Below are positions 7,893 through 17,322 of a DNA stretch of 49,005 nucleotides, piece after piece. Each line of letters begins with the position of its first letter. The stretch's first letter is position 1. The position numbers and the translations under genes are program-made. The notes beneath the pieces are model-generated. The model made no database searches, had not been told where the DNA came from, and saw only the letters and a list, made by a program, of their open reading frames with translations. Source of the stretch: Candidatus Sumerlaeia bacterium (GTDB lineage Bacteria > Sumerlaeota > Sumerlaeia > SLMS01 > JANRJK01); NCBI GenBank assembly GCA_033764015.1, contig JANRJK010000026.1:1-49005 (forward strand), given 5' to 3'.

Positions 7893-9026
7893 ATGGGCGA
7901 AGCCGCCGCCGCAAACCTGCTCCGCACGCCGCTCCATGGGCAGCACGTCGCCCTGGGCGCGCGCATGACGCCGTTCGGCGGCTGGGACATGCCGCTTTCC
8001 TACGAGGGCCAGCTCGCGGAGCACGACGCGGTGCGCGGGCGCGTGGGGATGTTCGACGTTTCGCACATGGGGCAGGTGCGCCTGCGCGGCGAGCGCGCGG
8101 CGGCGTTCCTGGACCAGCTCACGCCGGGCAAGATCGGCCGCCTGTCGGAGGACGGGCGGTCGGTCTATACGCAGCTTTGCGCGGACGACGGCGGGATGCT
8201 GGACGACTTGATCATTTCGCGCCTCGGTCCGGCGGAGTTCTTCGCGGTGGTGAACGCCTCGACGCGCGAGGGGGACGTGCGCTGGATGCGCGCGGCGGCG
8301 GAGCGGCTCGGCTACCACGATGTGTCGATCGGCGACGAGAGCGCGCACTGGGCGATGATCGCGGTGCAGGGCCCGGCGGCGTTCGACGTGCTGAGCGTGG
8401 TGCTGCCGGGGCGGGCGAACTGGGCGGCGACGCCGTCTTTCACGGTGCATCCGTTCGTTTACCGCGGCCAGGCGCACTTGCTGTCGCGCACGGGCTACAC
8501 GGGCGAGGTGGGCGGCGAGCTGTTGTGCCCGGCGGAGCTGGCGGACCACTGGTGGGAGCGCTTCCTGGCGGCGGGCGTGGCGCCTTGCGGGTTGGCCGCG
8601 CGCGATTCGCTGCGGCTCGAGGCGGGCTACTGCCTGTACGGCAACGATTGCGATCCGTCGGTGTCGCCGGTGGAGGCGGGCCTGTCGTGGTCCGTGGACT
8701 GGGCGAAGCCTGTGGAATTCCTGGGCCGGGCGCGGTTGCACCGCGAGAAGGCGGAGGGCGCCGCGCGGCTGCTGGCGGGCTTGCGCACGGGCGGGCGGCG
8801 GCCGCTGCGGCACGGCGAGGATGTGCTCGACGCCGCGGGCGCGCCGGTCGGCGTGGTGACCAGCGGCGGCTATTCGCCGGGGCTGCAGGCGGGCATCGCG
8901 CTGGCGTCCGTGGCGCCCGCGAACGCGGTCCCCGGCATGGAACTTGGCGTGAAGACGCGCGGGGGCGTTGTGCCCGCGCAGGTGGTCCGTCCGCCCTTCG
9001 TGGCGACCAGTCTTTCCAAGAAGTAA
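7893..9026 (+). CDS. gcvT: Glycine cleavage system aminomethyltransferase T
   Basis: RTPLH...FGGWDMPLSY, FDVSHMG, SRTGYTGEVG, ARDSLRLEAGYCLYG. Confidence 0.97.
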   Translation: MGEAAAANLLRTPLHGQHVALGARMTPFGGWDMPLSYEGQLAEHDAVRGRVGMFDVSHMGQVRLRGERAAAFLDQLTPGKIGRLSEDGRSVYTQLCADDGGMLDDLIISRLGPAEFFAVVNASTREGDVRWMRAAAERLGYHDVSIGDESAHWAMIAVQGPAAFDVLSVVLPGRANWAATPSFTVHPFVYRGQAHLLSRTGYTGEVGGELLCPAELADHWWERFLAAGVAPCGLAARDSLRLEAGYCLYGNDCDPSVSPVEAGLSWSVDWAKPVEFLGRARLHREKAEGAARLLAGLRTGGRRPLRHGEDVLDAAGAPVGVVTSGGYSPGLQAGIALASVAPANAVPGMELGVKTRGGVVPAQVVRPPFVATSLSKK

Positions 9027-9081
9027 CCGCGCGCCGCGCGGCGCGTGCGCAATCCCCCAACCCCGAGGAACCCCTCCGGCC

Positions 9082-9465
9082 ATGGCCAACGAAAGCAGCT
9101 ACCTCTACACCGAGTCGCACGAGTGGGTCGAAGCCGCCGGCGACGCGCGCCGCGTCGGCATCACGGACCACGCGCAGCAGCTCATGGGCGACATCGTGTT
9201 CGCCGACCTGCCCGCGGTGGGCCGCGTGGTGAAGAAGGGGGAGGAGATCCTCTCGATCGAGTCGCCGAAGGCGGCCGCTTCGGTCTACGCGCCGCTTTCC
9301 GGCGAGGTGGTCGAGGTGAACGGCGACCTGGCCGGGGCGCCGGACACGATCAACAAGTCGCCGTACGCCGACGGCTGGCTGGTGAAGATCCGCCCGAGCG
9401 CCGCCGACGCCGAATCCGCAACGCTGAAGTCAGCCACCGCCTACAAGGAATTCGTCGGAGAATAA
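9082..9465 (+). CDS. gcvH: Glycine cleavage system H protein
   Basis: YTESHEW, GITDHAQ..MGDIVF, ESPKAA (lipoyl-Lys), INKSPY..GWLVKI; ATG at 9082. Confidence 0.96.
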   Translation: MANESSYLYTESHEWVEAAGDARRVGITDHAQQLMGDIVFADLPAVGRVVKKGEEILSIESPKAAASVYAPLSGEVVEVNGDLAGAPDTINKSPYADGWLVKIRPSAADAESATLKSATAYKEFVGE

Positions 9466-9469
9466 CCGC

Positions 9470-10828
9470 ATGGCCTTCACGCCCCACACCCCCGCCGACG
9501 TCGAGGCGATGCTCGCCGCGATCGGCGCGAAGTCGCTGGACGACCTCTTCTCGGACGTGCCGGAGAAGCTGCTGCTCAAGGAGCCGCTGCCGATCGACAC
9601 GTTGACGGAGTACGAGGCGCAGCGCCGCTTCGAATCGCTCGCCGCGCAGAACCGCGTGTATCCCGCGGCGAAGGCGTTCCTGGGCGCCGGGGCGTACCGC
9701 CACTTCATCCCCGCGGCCGCGCTCCAGCTCATCGCGCGCGGCGAGTTCATGACCTCATACACGCCTTACCAGGCGGAGGTGAGCCAAGGGACTCTGCAGG
9801 CGGTCTTCGAGTTCCAGTCGCACATCTGCGCGCTGACCGCGATGGAGGTCGCCAACGCGTCGATGTACGACGGCGCGACGGCGCTCGCCGAGGCGATCAC
9901 CATGGCGATGCGCGAGACGGGGCGGAAGGTGGCGTGGCTGCCGGAGCTGCTGCACCCGTACTACCGGCGCGTGTGCGACACGTTCCTCGGCGAGCTCGAC
10001 ATCGAGGTGCGCACGATCCCGTCGCGCGACGGGCTGACGGACATGGACGCGGTGGACGGCGAGGCGGCGGCGGTGGTGGTGCAGACGCCGAACGCGCTCG
10101 GCTGCGTCGAGAACGGGCACGAGGCGCGGGCCGCCGCCACGCGGGCGAAGGCGCTGCTGGTGGCCGTTGTGAACCCGACGTCGCTCGGCGTGCTGGCGCC
10201 TCCGGGGGAGTACGGCGCGGACATCGCCGTGGGCGAGGGTCAGCCGCTCGGCATCCCGGTCAGCTTCGGCGGGCCGTACGCGGGCTTCTTCGCCTGCAAG
10301 AAGTCGATGATCCGCAAGATGCCGGGGCGCATCGTGGGCCGCGCGCAGGACGCGCAGGGGCGCGACGGCTTCGTGCTGACGCTGCAGACGCGCGAGCAGC
10401 ACATCCGCCGCGACAAGGCCACGTCGAACATCTGCACCAACCAGGGGCTCTTCGCGCTCCTCGCCACCATGTACCTCTCCTTCATGGGGAAGCAGGGCAT
10501 TGTCGAGGTGGCGGAGACGAGCCTCGCGCGGACGCGGCAGCTCGTGGACGGGCTCACCGGCGGGACGGAAATCGTGCGCCTGCACGAGGCGCCGTACTTC
10601 CACGAGTGCGCGCTGAAGCTGCCGGTCTCCGCGCGGGAGTTCCTCGACCGCATGCGGGACGACGCCGGGATCCTGGCGGGCTTCGCGCTCGAGCGCTGGT
10701 ACCCGAACTGGCCGGACGCGGAGCGCCTGCTGCTGGTGAACTGCACCGAGGTGCATCTCGGCGAGGACGTTGCCGAGTACGTGCAGGCCGCGCGCTCCGT
10801 GCTCGCGTCGCTGCGCGCGCCGGTCTGA
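9470..10828 (+). CDS. gcvPA: Glycine dehydrogenase (decarboxylating) subunit 1
   Basis: FLGAGAYRH, YTPYQAEVSQGTLQ, NASMYDGATA, LQTREQHIRRDKATSNICTNQ. Confidence 0.96.
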   Translation: MAFTPHTPADVEAMLAAIGAKSLDDLFSDVPEKLLLKEPLPIDTLTEYEAQRRFESLAAQNRVYPAAKAFLGAGAYRHFIPAAALQLIARGEFMTSYTPYQAEVSQGTLQAVFEFQSHICALTAMEVANASMYDGATALAEAITMAMRETGRKVAWLPELLHPYYRRVCDTFLGELDIEVRTIPSRDGLTDMDAVDGEAAAVVVQTPNALGCVENGHEARAAATRAKALLVAVVNPTSLGVLAPPGEYGADIAVGEGQPLGIPVSFGGPYAGFFACKKSMIRKMPGRIVGRAQDAQGRDGFVLTLQTREQHIRRDKATSNICTNQGLFALLATMYLSFMGKQGIVEVAETSLARTRQLVDGLTGGTEIVRLHEAPYFHECALKLPVSAREFLDRMRDDAGILAGFALERWYPNWPDAERLLLVNCTEVHLGEDVAEYVQAARSVLASLRAPV

Positions 10829-10836
10829 CGGCCGAA

Positions 10837-11859
10837 GTGGAGGAGCGCCTCGCCATCGACGCGCTGTGGAGCCGGCTCGAGTCAGACGCCGGCTCCGCGG
10901 GGCAAGTGCGCGCGGAGGCGGCGGCGCTCCGGTCGCCCGCCGGGCGGATGCTCGAGGGCGTCGCGGCCTGGGACGCGGGGGACGCGGAGGGCGCGCTGGC
11001 GGCGTTCCGGGCGGCGCAGCAGGCGCAGCCGGGCAATCTGCCCGCCGCGCGCTACGAGGCGCTCGCACTGTTCGGCGCCGGCGACGCGCCCGCGGCGGCG
11101 AAGCTGTCCGCCACGCTGCCGCCGCTGGCGACCGGCGCGTACCTGCGGCGCTTCACCGCGCTCTATTGGCCGCTGCGCCACAGGACCGGGCTGGGGTCCA
11201 CCGCGGTCGAGGCGGACCCGCCGGAGGTCGCGCACTCGACCGACTATGCGCGCTTCACCGCCGGGGCGAAGTGCTCCGACACGCGGCGGCGGCACCTCGC
11301 CGAGCGGCACCTCCAGTCGGGCCTGCTCGCGCACTTCAAGGGGCGCTACCGCGAGGCGGAGATCCTGGTGGGGCGTTCGTGGAAGATCTTCCCCGAGTCG
11401 ATCGACACGGCGGTGGCGCACGGCAACCTGCTCGCCGCGCGGGCGGAGGAGGCGGAGGCGCTGCGCGTGCTCGAGCCCGCCTTCAAGGAGGCCGCCGCCG
11501 AAGTGCTCGCGGACGCCGACAAGGGCATCGTGTTCCCGCCGGACCTCGCGTCGGCTTGGGCGGCGGCGCTGTGCGGCGCGGGGCGTCCGCAGGAGGCGCT
11601 CGCGGCGCTGTCGCTGATCACGCCGCAGGGTCCGGACGACTGGGGCGCGCACTGGGTGGCGGCGCTGTGCCACCTGGCGCTCGGCGACGAGGCGTCGTTC
11701 CGGCGCCAGTTCGCCGTCGCGACGGGGCCGTACTTCATCGACACTTGGGAGCTGCGCATCCGCCCCTTTTCGCGGCGGGTGGAGTCGTGGCTCGCGACGG
11801 AGGACGCGGCGCGCGCCGCCGTGGTCCGCGCGGGCGCCGCCGCGCCCGGAATCGGTTGA
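10837..11859 (+). CDS. Hypothetical TPR-like helical repeat protein
   Basis: Ala-rich helices with TPR-like patterns (AGDAEGALAAFRAA, GRYREAE, GRPQEALAAL). The GTG start 8 bp after gcvPA is inferred. Confidence 0.6.
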   Translation: MEERLAIDALWSRLESDAGSAGQVRAEAAALRSPAGRMLEGVAAWDAGDAEGALAAFRAAQQAQPGNLPAARYEALALFGAGDAPAAAKLSATLPPLATGAYLRRFTALYWPLRHRTGLGSTAVEADPPEVAHSTDYARFTAGAKCSDTRRRHLAERHLQSGLLAHFKGRYREAEILVGRSWKIFPESIDTAVAHGNLLAARAEEAEALRVLEPAFKEAAAEVLADADKGIVFPPDLASAWAAALCGAGRPQEALAALSLITPQGPDDWGAHWVAALCHLALGDEASFRRQFAVATGPYFIDTWELRIRPFSRRVESWLATEDAARAAVVRAGAAAPGIG

Positions 11860-11900
11860 CCCTGCCCGCCGCTTCGCCGTCCTTGGCGGCGGTCCACTAG

Positions 11901-12668
11901 ATGCCCCGCCTCCTCGTCGCCCTCCCCGCCTACAACGAAGAAGCCTGCCTCCCGCCGCTTCTGAACTCCTTCGCGAAGCTCTTCGCCGAGCACCCCGAGC
12001 TCGACGGCGTCGTCATCGTCGTGGACGACGGCAGTGCCGACCGCACGGCGGCGGTGGCGGAGAAGTGGGCGAAGCGCCTGCCGGTCCACGTGGTGCGCCA
12101 CGAGCGCAACAAGGGCCTCGGCGAGGCGATCAAGACGGGGCTGCGCACGGCGGTCGAGCTGTCGAAGTCGGACCGCGACGTGATCGTTTGTATGGACGCG
12201 GACGACACGCACCCGCCGCGCTTCATCCCGTCGATGCTGCGCAAGATCGAGTCGGGGGCGGACATCGTGATCGCGTCGCGCTACCAGCGCGGGAGCACCC
12301 AACGCGGCGTGCCGCTGCGGCGCCAGGTGCTGAGCTGGGGCGCGTTCCTCGTCTTCTCGACGTTCCTGCGGCTGCCCGGGGTCCGCGACTACACGTGCGG
12401 CTACCGTGCATACCGCGTGTCGCTGGTGAAGAAGGGGTTCGAGCGCTACGGCGACAGCATCATCGAGCGGAGCGGCTTCGCCTGCACCGACGAGTTGCTG
12501 GTGAACCTGGCGGCGCTCGGCGCGAGGATCCGCGAGGTGCCGTTCTCGCTGCGCTACGACCGCAAGGTGGGGGAGTCGAAGATCAAGCTGGGGCTCACGG
12601 TGCGCGAGACCTTCAAGCTGATCAGCGAGGGACGCGCGCGGCTGCGCGCCGGCAAGCGGCCCCGCTAA
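11901..12668 (+). CDS. Glycosyltransferase family 2 (polyprenol-phosphate glycosyltransferase/DPM1-like)
   Basis: LPAYNEE, VVDDGSADRT, MDADDTH, RDYTCGYRAY, GESK. Confidence 0.92.
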   Translation: MPRLLVALPAYNEEACLPPLLNSFAKLFAEHPELDGVVIVVDDGSADRTAAVAEKWAKRLPVHVVRHERNKGLGEAIKTGLRTAVELSKSDRDVIVCMDADDTHPPRFIPSMLRKIESGADIVIASRYQRGSTQRGVPLRRQVLSWGAFLVFSTFLRLPGVRDYTCGYRAYRVSLVKKGFERYGDSIIERSGFACTDELLVNLAALGARIREVPFSLRYDRKVGESKIKLGLTVRETFKLISEGRARLRAGKRPR

Positions 12669-12671
12669 GCG

Positions 12672-13364
12672 CTACAGCGTGCGCGGGCCCTCGACGCGCT
12701 GCGCCTTGATGCGGAACAGGCTGGTCACGGTGCCCTGTTCGATCTCCTCGCCCACGCGGAAGTTGCCGTAAACCGTCACCGGCATATCGACCATGATCTT
12801 GGCCTTCTGGCCCGGCTCGACCTCGACGTAGACCCACTCGTTCATCTTGGGCACTTGGCCGAAGCAGCAGAACATCGGGCTCGGCACGAGCACGAAGGAG
12901 CGCACCAGGCTCTTGTCCACTTCGATGGGGATCATGAAGCCCTCGAGGGAGACGCGCTGCTGGTCGAGTTGGCGCACGGGCTGGGGGAAGCGGTCGAGCG
13001 AGAGCGCCTCGGGCGCGACGACGCCGGTTTCGGGGATCTCCGGCAGTTCGTAGTCGAAGGCGGAGAGTTCGCGGAAGCTGGTCTTGAGGAATCCCGCGGC
13101 GCCTCCGCCAGAGGCTTCCGTGGCGGCGGCGGGAGCGGCGGCGACCTCGACCGGCGCGGGCTCCGGCGTGGCGTCGGGCGCGGGGGCGGTCGCAGGCTCC
13201 GGCGTCGCGGGGACGTCCATGAAGGAACGCCCTTGGATCGCCGCGGCGTTCACCGGCGGTGGCTCGGGAGTCCGGCGCAGCGTCGCCACACCGATCGCGC
13301 CGGCCACCAACACCAGCAGCGCGATGTTCACGAGAGTCCTGCCTGCGTTGCGCTTCGTACCCAT
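12672..13364 (-). CDS. DUF3299 domain protein (ZrgD-like), membrane anchored
   Basis: LDQQRVSLEGFMIP...FVLVPSPMFCCFGQVPKMNEWVYV; N-terminal TM helix. Confidence 0.8.
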   Translation of the reverse strand: MGTKRNAGRTLVNIALLVLVAGAIGVATLRRTPEPPPVNAAAIQGRSFMDVPATPEPATAPAPDATPEPAPVEVAAAPAAATEASGGGAAGFLKTSFRELSAFDYELPEIPETGVVAPEALSLDRFPQPVRQLDQQRVSLEGFMIPIEVDKSLVRSFVLVPSPMFCCFGQVPKMNEWVYVEVEPGQKAKIMVDMPVTVYGNFRVGEEIEQGTVTSLFRIKAQRVEGPRTL

Positions 13365-13427
13365 GGCCTGTGCTCCTAGCCTTGATGGCTCGACGTTAGC
13401 CAACCTGCCACCCCGATTCCAGCCGAA

Positions 13428-13976
13428 TCAGCGCACCGTCGCCACAGGACCCAGCGCGACGTCGGTGAACGTGGCGCCCCTGACCGTCACCGTCTTCACC
13501 GTGGCCTTGCCGTCGGCGACCGCGCGGAACTGCTCCTCGGTGAGGGAGGCGGTGAACTCGGACGTGTCGCCAACGGTTTCGCCGGTGAGCGCGTTCGCGA
13601 CGCCGGGCAGTTCGACCAGCACGGGGCCGCCCTCGAGCGCGATCTCGAGCGTGAGCGACTTGTCCGGCACGCGCGAGTTGTTCTCGGCGTGCGCATCGAG
13701 CGTGTAGATCGTCGCGGTGAAGTCCGCTTCGAGGAGGAGCACCTCGAAGTTGGCGAAGTGGTCGCCGATCTCGACCAGCACGCCGCCGTACTTGGCCGAG
13801 TGTGCGTGTGCGTGGCCGTGGTCCTCTTCGGCGCGCCCTTCGTCGTGGGCGTCCTCCGAGTGGCCGTGCGGATCGGCGCCATCGCCGTGGGTGTTGTATT
13901 CGTTGTCGTTCCCGGAGCATCCCGCGAGCGCGAGCGCCGCGGCTCCGATCATCGCCATCCAGTGCAGCTTCGCCAT
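13428..13976 (-). CDS. His/Asp/Glu-rich lipoprotein, putative metal-binding
   Basis: Lipobox LAGC, then THGDGADPHGHSEDAHDE...DHGHAHAH and YGGVLVEIGDH. Confidence 0.75.
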   Translation of the reverse strand: MAKLHWMAMIGAAALALAGCSGNDNEYNTHGDGADPHGHSEDAHDEGRAEEDHGHAHAHSAKYGGVLVEIGDHFANFEVLLLEADFTATIYTLDAHAENNSRVPDKSLTLEIALEGGPVLVELPGVANALTGETVGDTSEFTASLTEEQFRAVADGKATVKTVTVRGATFTDVALGPVATVR

Positions 13977-13993
13977 CGATCCGTCCTCCGGGG

Positions 13994-15265
13994 TCAGGTG
14001 GTGGGCTGGAGGTTGTCCAGCACGTTGGTTCGATACGCCTGCACGGCGGGGAGGATCCCCGCCAGCGTGCCCGCGAGCACCACCGCGAGCGGCGTCGCGA
14101 GCAGGGCCGGGTGCCACGCCAGCGCGTCGACCGCGATGCCGACGTGGCGCTGGAGCAGTTGCGAGGCGGCCATGGTGATCGCGGCGTAGAGACCCAGGCC
14201 GAGCAGGGCGCCACCGGCGCAGATCGCGGCGGACTCCGCCATGATCGACGCGAAGATGGTGCGGCGCCGGGCGCCGAGCGCGCGCATGATCGCGATGTCG
14301 CGCCGCCGCCCGTGGATCGTGCTGTAAAGGCTCGCCGCCACGCCGGTCACCGCGACGCCCACCGTCATATAGGCCACGACGGTGAGGATCGCATGGGCCC
14401 ATCCGAGCTTCGAGAACAGCTCCGCCACCACGCGCCCGACCGGGAACGCGAGGGTCGCGACGTTTCCCTGACTGTTGATCTGCTGGGCCATTTGGAGGCC
14501 GGCCTGCGGGCTCTTCAGCTTCAGCAGCACCGCGCTCACCTCCTTGTGGAGATCGTCGATCTCCTTGCCGGCCTGGGCGGTGTACTCCTCGCCGGAGCCC
14601 CGCAGCACGTGCCCGCCCATCCGGTAGATGCCCTCGATGGGGATCAGGATGATGCGGTCCAGCGGCGTGTTCGTCGTCTCGATGATGCCGGTGACGACGT
14701 ACTCCTCCTCGTGCTGGGTGCCTTCCTGGAACGTGAGGCCGTGGTACGGCTTGAAGATGTCACCGACGCGGAGGCCGGTGCGCGCGGCTGCGGTCGAGCC
14801 CAGAACGCCCTCCATGCGCGACGGGTCGAAGAGCCGCCCGCCCGCGCGCAGCCGCGGCTGCGAGCCGTCCGCCAGCTCCGCCTGCTCGAAGTACTCCAGC
14901 TTCGTCCCCACGATGCGGTAGCCGTAGTAGTTGTCGCCGAGCGCGATCGGCACCGCCGCGGAAACGCGCGGGTCCGCCTTGATCGTTTGGTAAAGCGTGT
15001 AGGGGATGTTCCCCTGCGACACCTCGAGGTGGTACACCGCGTTGAGCACGAGCTGGAGCTGGCTGCCGCGCGCGCCGAGCACTGCGTCGAACCCGAGGCC
15101 GCCTTGGTAGAAGGACTCCTGCGACTGGTGGCGGATCGTCAGCACGGAGACGGAAAGGCCGGTCGCGAGCGCGACGGAAAGCATCGTGAGCCACGCCGCG
15201 GCGCGGTGCTGCGCGAGGCTGCGGCGGACGAGGAGCGAAAGGGTGCGCAGAAAGCCGGGCGTCAT
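13994..15265 (-). CDS. ABC transporter permease, MacB/FtsX family (ZrgC-like)
   Basis: FDAVLGARGSQLQLVLNAVYH, AVPIALGDNYYGYRIVGT, RRRDIAIMRALGA; ATGA overlap with the ATPase. Confidence 0.9.
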   Translation of the reverse strand: MTPGFLRTLSLLVRRSLAQHRAAAWLTMLSVALATGLSVSVLTIRHQSQESFYQGGLGFDAVLGARGSQLQLVLNAVYHLEVSQGNIPYTLYQTIKADPRVSAAVPIALGDNYYGYRIVGTKLEYFEQAELADGSQPRLRAGGRLFDPSRMEGVLGSTAAARTGLRVGDIFKPYHGLTFQEGTQHEEEYVVTGIIETTNTPLDRIILIPIEGIYRMGGHVLRGSGEEYTAQAGKEIDDLHKEVSAVLLKLKSPQAGLQMAQQINSQGNVATLAFPVGRVVAELFSKLGWAHAILTVVAYMTVGVAVTGVAASLYSTIHGRRRDIAIMRALGARRRTIFASIMAESAAICAGGALLGLGLYAAITMAASQLLQRHVGIAVDALAWHPALLATPLAVVLAGTLAGILPAVQAYRTNVLDNLQPTT

Positions 15266-15933
15266 CGGGCGGCCACCTCCGGACGGGAAAGCACTGCGAG
15301 GGACTCGCGCCGGTCGAAGGCGCCGAGCACCGCCGGGTCGTGGCTCACGAGGAGCAGCGCGGCGTTCGACTCGGTGCAGAGCGAGCGCAGCAGGCCGAGC
15401 GCTTCCTCCGCGCGCGCGCGGTCCAGGTTCCCGGTGGGCTCGTCCGCGAGGACCAGCTTCGGGCGGTTCGCGAGCGCGCGCGCCAGCGAGACGCGCTGCT
15501 GCTGGCCCACGGAAAGCTCGCGCGGGCGGTAGTCGAGCCGGTCGGACAGGCCGACACGGTCGAGCAGGTGCCGCGCCCACGCCTCGTCCTGGCCGGGGCC
15601 GAACGCCATGCCGAGCAGCACGTTCTCCAGCGTCGTGAAGCCTTGTAGCAGGTTGAAGCTTTGGTAGACGTAGCCGACGAGGCGGGCGCGGAGCGCGTCG
15701 CGGGCCGCCTCGCCGCGGCCGGTCATGCGCTCGCCCGCGATGGTGACCGCGCCGGACTCCGGCTCTGCGAGCCCCGCGATCAGGTGCAGCAGCGTCGTCT
15801 TGCCGCTGCCGCTCTCGCCTTCGAGGGCCATCTGGGCGCCCGCGGCGAGTGCGAAGCGCGGGACGCGCAGCACTTCGTGCCGCTCGCCGGTCGGCGTCGT
15901 GTAGGCGTGGACCAGGTCCTCGATCAGGAGCAT
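15262..15933 (-). CDS. ABC transporter ATP-binding protein (LolD/ZrgB-like)
   Basis: GESGSGKTT, LSVGQQQRV, LADEPTGNLD, VSHD. Confidence 0.95.
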   Translation of the reverse strand: MLLIEDLVHAYTTPTGERHEVLRVPRFALAAGAQMALEGESGSGKTTLLHLIAGLAEPESGAVTIAGERMTGRGEAARDALRARLVGYVYQSFNLLQGFTTLENVLLGMAFGPGQDEAWARHLLDRVGLSDRLDYRPRELSVGQQQRVSLARALANRPKLVLADEPTGNLDRARAEEALGLLRSLCTESNAALLLVSHDPAVLGAFDRRESLAVLSRPEVAAR

Positions 15934-16010
15934 TCCGTACCCCGTGGATGGCGATGGGCGCCGCGTCGCCGCGCCGCCCAGTTAGCCAGCCCCGCGCCCG
16001 GCGGAATCAA

Positions 16011-16649
16011 TCAGTTCAGGAAGCCGGTGCCGGGCCCGAAGAACACCACGTCGCCGTTCGAGACGCTGCCGTTGGTCGGGTCGTAGAGCGCCTGCGCCTC
16101 GGTGTCGTCGTCGTGGTCCAGGTCGGGGCCGTGGCTGAGCATGAAGTAGGCGACACTGTCGCCGCCGATCTTGCCGAAGCCGGCGACGTATTCGAGGAAC
16201 TCGTCGCGGCCCGCGTCGCCCTCCGCGGCCACCGGATACCACAGCGGCGAGTAGTGGAGGAGCGGCGATTCCTCGCCGTCCTGCGACTGGAAGGGATCCG
16301 AGGGGAGCGAGGTGATGTAGGCGATCGGCGTCGTGATAAGCGTCGTGATGCGCGCCTCGACGAACTCGTCCTCGCCGTGCTCCTCGTCGTCGACGTCCAG
16401 GATCGGAGCGGCGAGCGCCAGCACGATCGGCCGGCCGTCTTCGCCGCCGGGGGTCGGATAGCGGTTGTTGTCGACGCGGTAGGCTTCGATCGCGGTGGCG
16501 AGGCTGCGCATGTCGGACTTCACGCGCGACACCTTGGCGCGGGTCTGGGCTTCGAGGAAGTTGGGGACCGCGATGGCGGCGAGGATCGCGATGATCGCGA
16601 CGACGATGAGGAGCTCGATGAGGGTGAAGGCGTTCTTGGGGGAGTTCAT
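16011..16649 (-). CDS. Prepilin-type N-terminal cleavage/methylation protein (type IV pilin/pseudopilin-like)
   Basis: KNA|FTLIELLIVVAIIAILAAIAVP class III signal; C-terminal SHGPD...YDPTNGSVSNGD; acidic/His patches DVDDEEHGEDE and DLDHDDD. Confidence 0.9.
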   Translation of the reverse strand: MNSPKNAFTLIELLIVVAIIAILAAIAVPNFLEAQTRAKVSRVKSDMRSLATAIEAYRVDNNRYPTPGGEDGRPIVLALAAPILDVDDEEHGEDEFVEARITTLITTPIAYITSLPSDPFQSQDGEESPLLHYSPLWYPVAAEGDAGRDEFLEYVAGFGKIGGDSVAYFMLSHGPDLDHDDDTEAQALYDPTNGSVSNGDVVFFGPGTGFLN

Positions 16650-16691
16650 GTGGCTGCCTGTGGGTGTGGAGCTGCATGGGGCGCATGAGAT

Positions 16692-16738
16692 TGCGACCCC
16701 GTTCTCACAGGCAAGCCAAATGTGATAAGCTGTTATCA
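16692..16738. promoter_or_regulatory. Putative Fur/Zur-family operator: TGATAA-N4-TTATCA palindrome plus a degenerate second copy
   Basis: Perfect inverted repeat at 16723-16738. Related site at 16692-16707 (minus strand TGAGAACGGGGTCGCA), 31 bp apart, upstream of a metal-uptake-type operon. Confidence 0.5.
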
Positions 16739-16773
16739 TGACTCCGCCGAGTCCGAATTCTCCCCCGGGGCCG

Positions 16774-17253
16774 CTACTCCTTCGGCTCCGGCGCCGACAG
16801 CAGCAGGTTCGTCTCGCTCGGGTACCCCGGCGTCAGGATCAGGTAGTTGTCCTCCGACACGAACCGGTCGCGCCCGTCCTCCACCAGCCGGGCGACCAGG
16901 ATATACTGCCGCGTCGGGTCCACCTTCGCTTCGTCCACATAGACGGCGAAGTAGTACGGCGGGGCGTTCTCCCCGACCGCTGCGCTGTGGACGCCCACCT
17001 CGACCGACTCCTCGGAGGCCGGGTCGCTGGCGTCGTAGAGGCGCACGTCCAGGACGGTGTCCGGCGACATCATGATGCGTTCGAGGTAGTAGACGGTGCC
17101 TTCGACGGCGAGGAGCTTGCCCGCGGTTTCGGCGGCCTTGGTGCCGGCCTCCGGCGAGGAAGGCTCGGCGTTGAAGTGCGATCCGGCCTCCTTCTTGGCG
17201 CAGGAGGCGCCGAGGAGCGCGGCGAGCGTGGCGGCGGCGAGGAGCTTCGTCAT
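16774..17253 (-). CDS. YbaY/YscW family lipoprotein
   Basis: Lipobox GASC; VEGTVYYLERIMM...LDVRLYDAS...PPYYFAV...YILVARL. Confidence 0.8.
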   Translation of the reverse strand: MTKLLAAATLAALLGASCAKKEAGSHFNAEPSSPEAGTKAAETAGKLLAVEGTVYYLERIMMSPDTVLDVRLYDASDPASEESVEVGVHSAAVGENAPPYYFAVYVDEAKVDPTRQYILVARLVEDGRDRFVSEDNYLILTPGYPSETNLLLSAPEPKE

Positions 17254-17322
17254 GGGCGGTCACCCCGTGGTGCGTGATGCGCCCATCCGCTCGCGGCGCG
17301 GGCGGCGGGGCAACCGGCGTCA

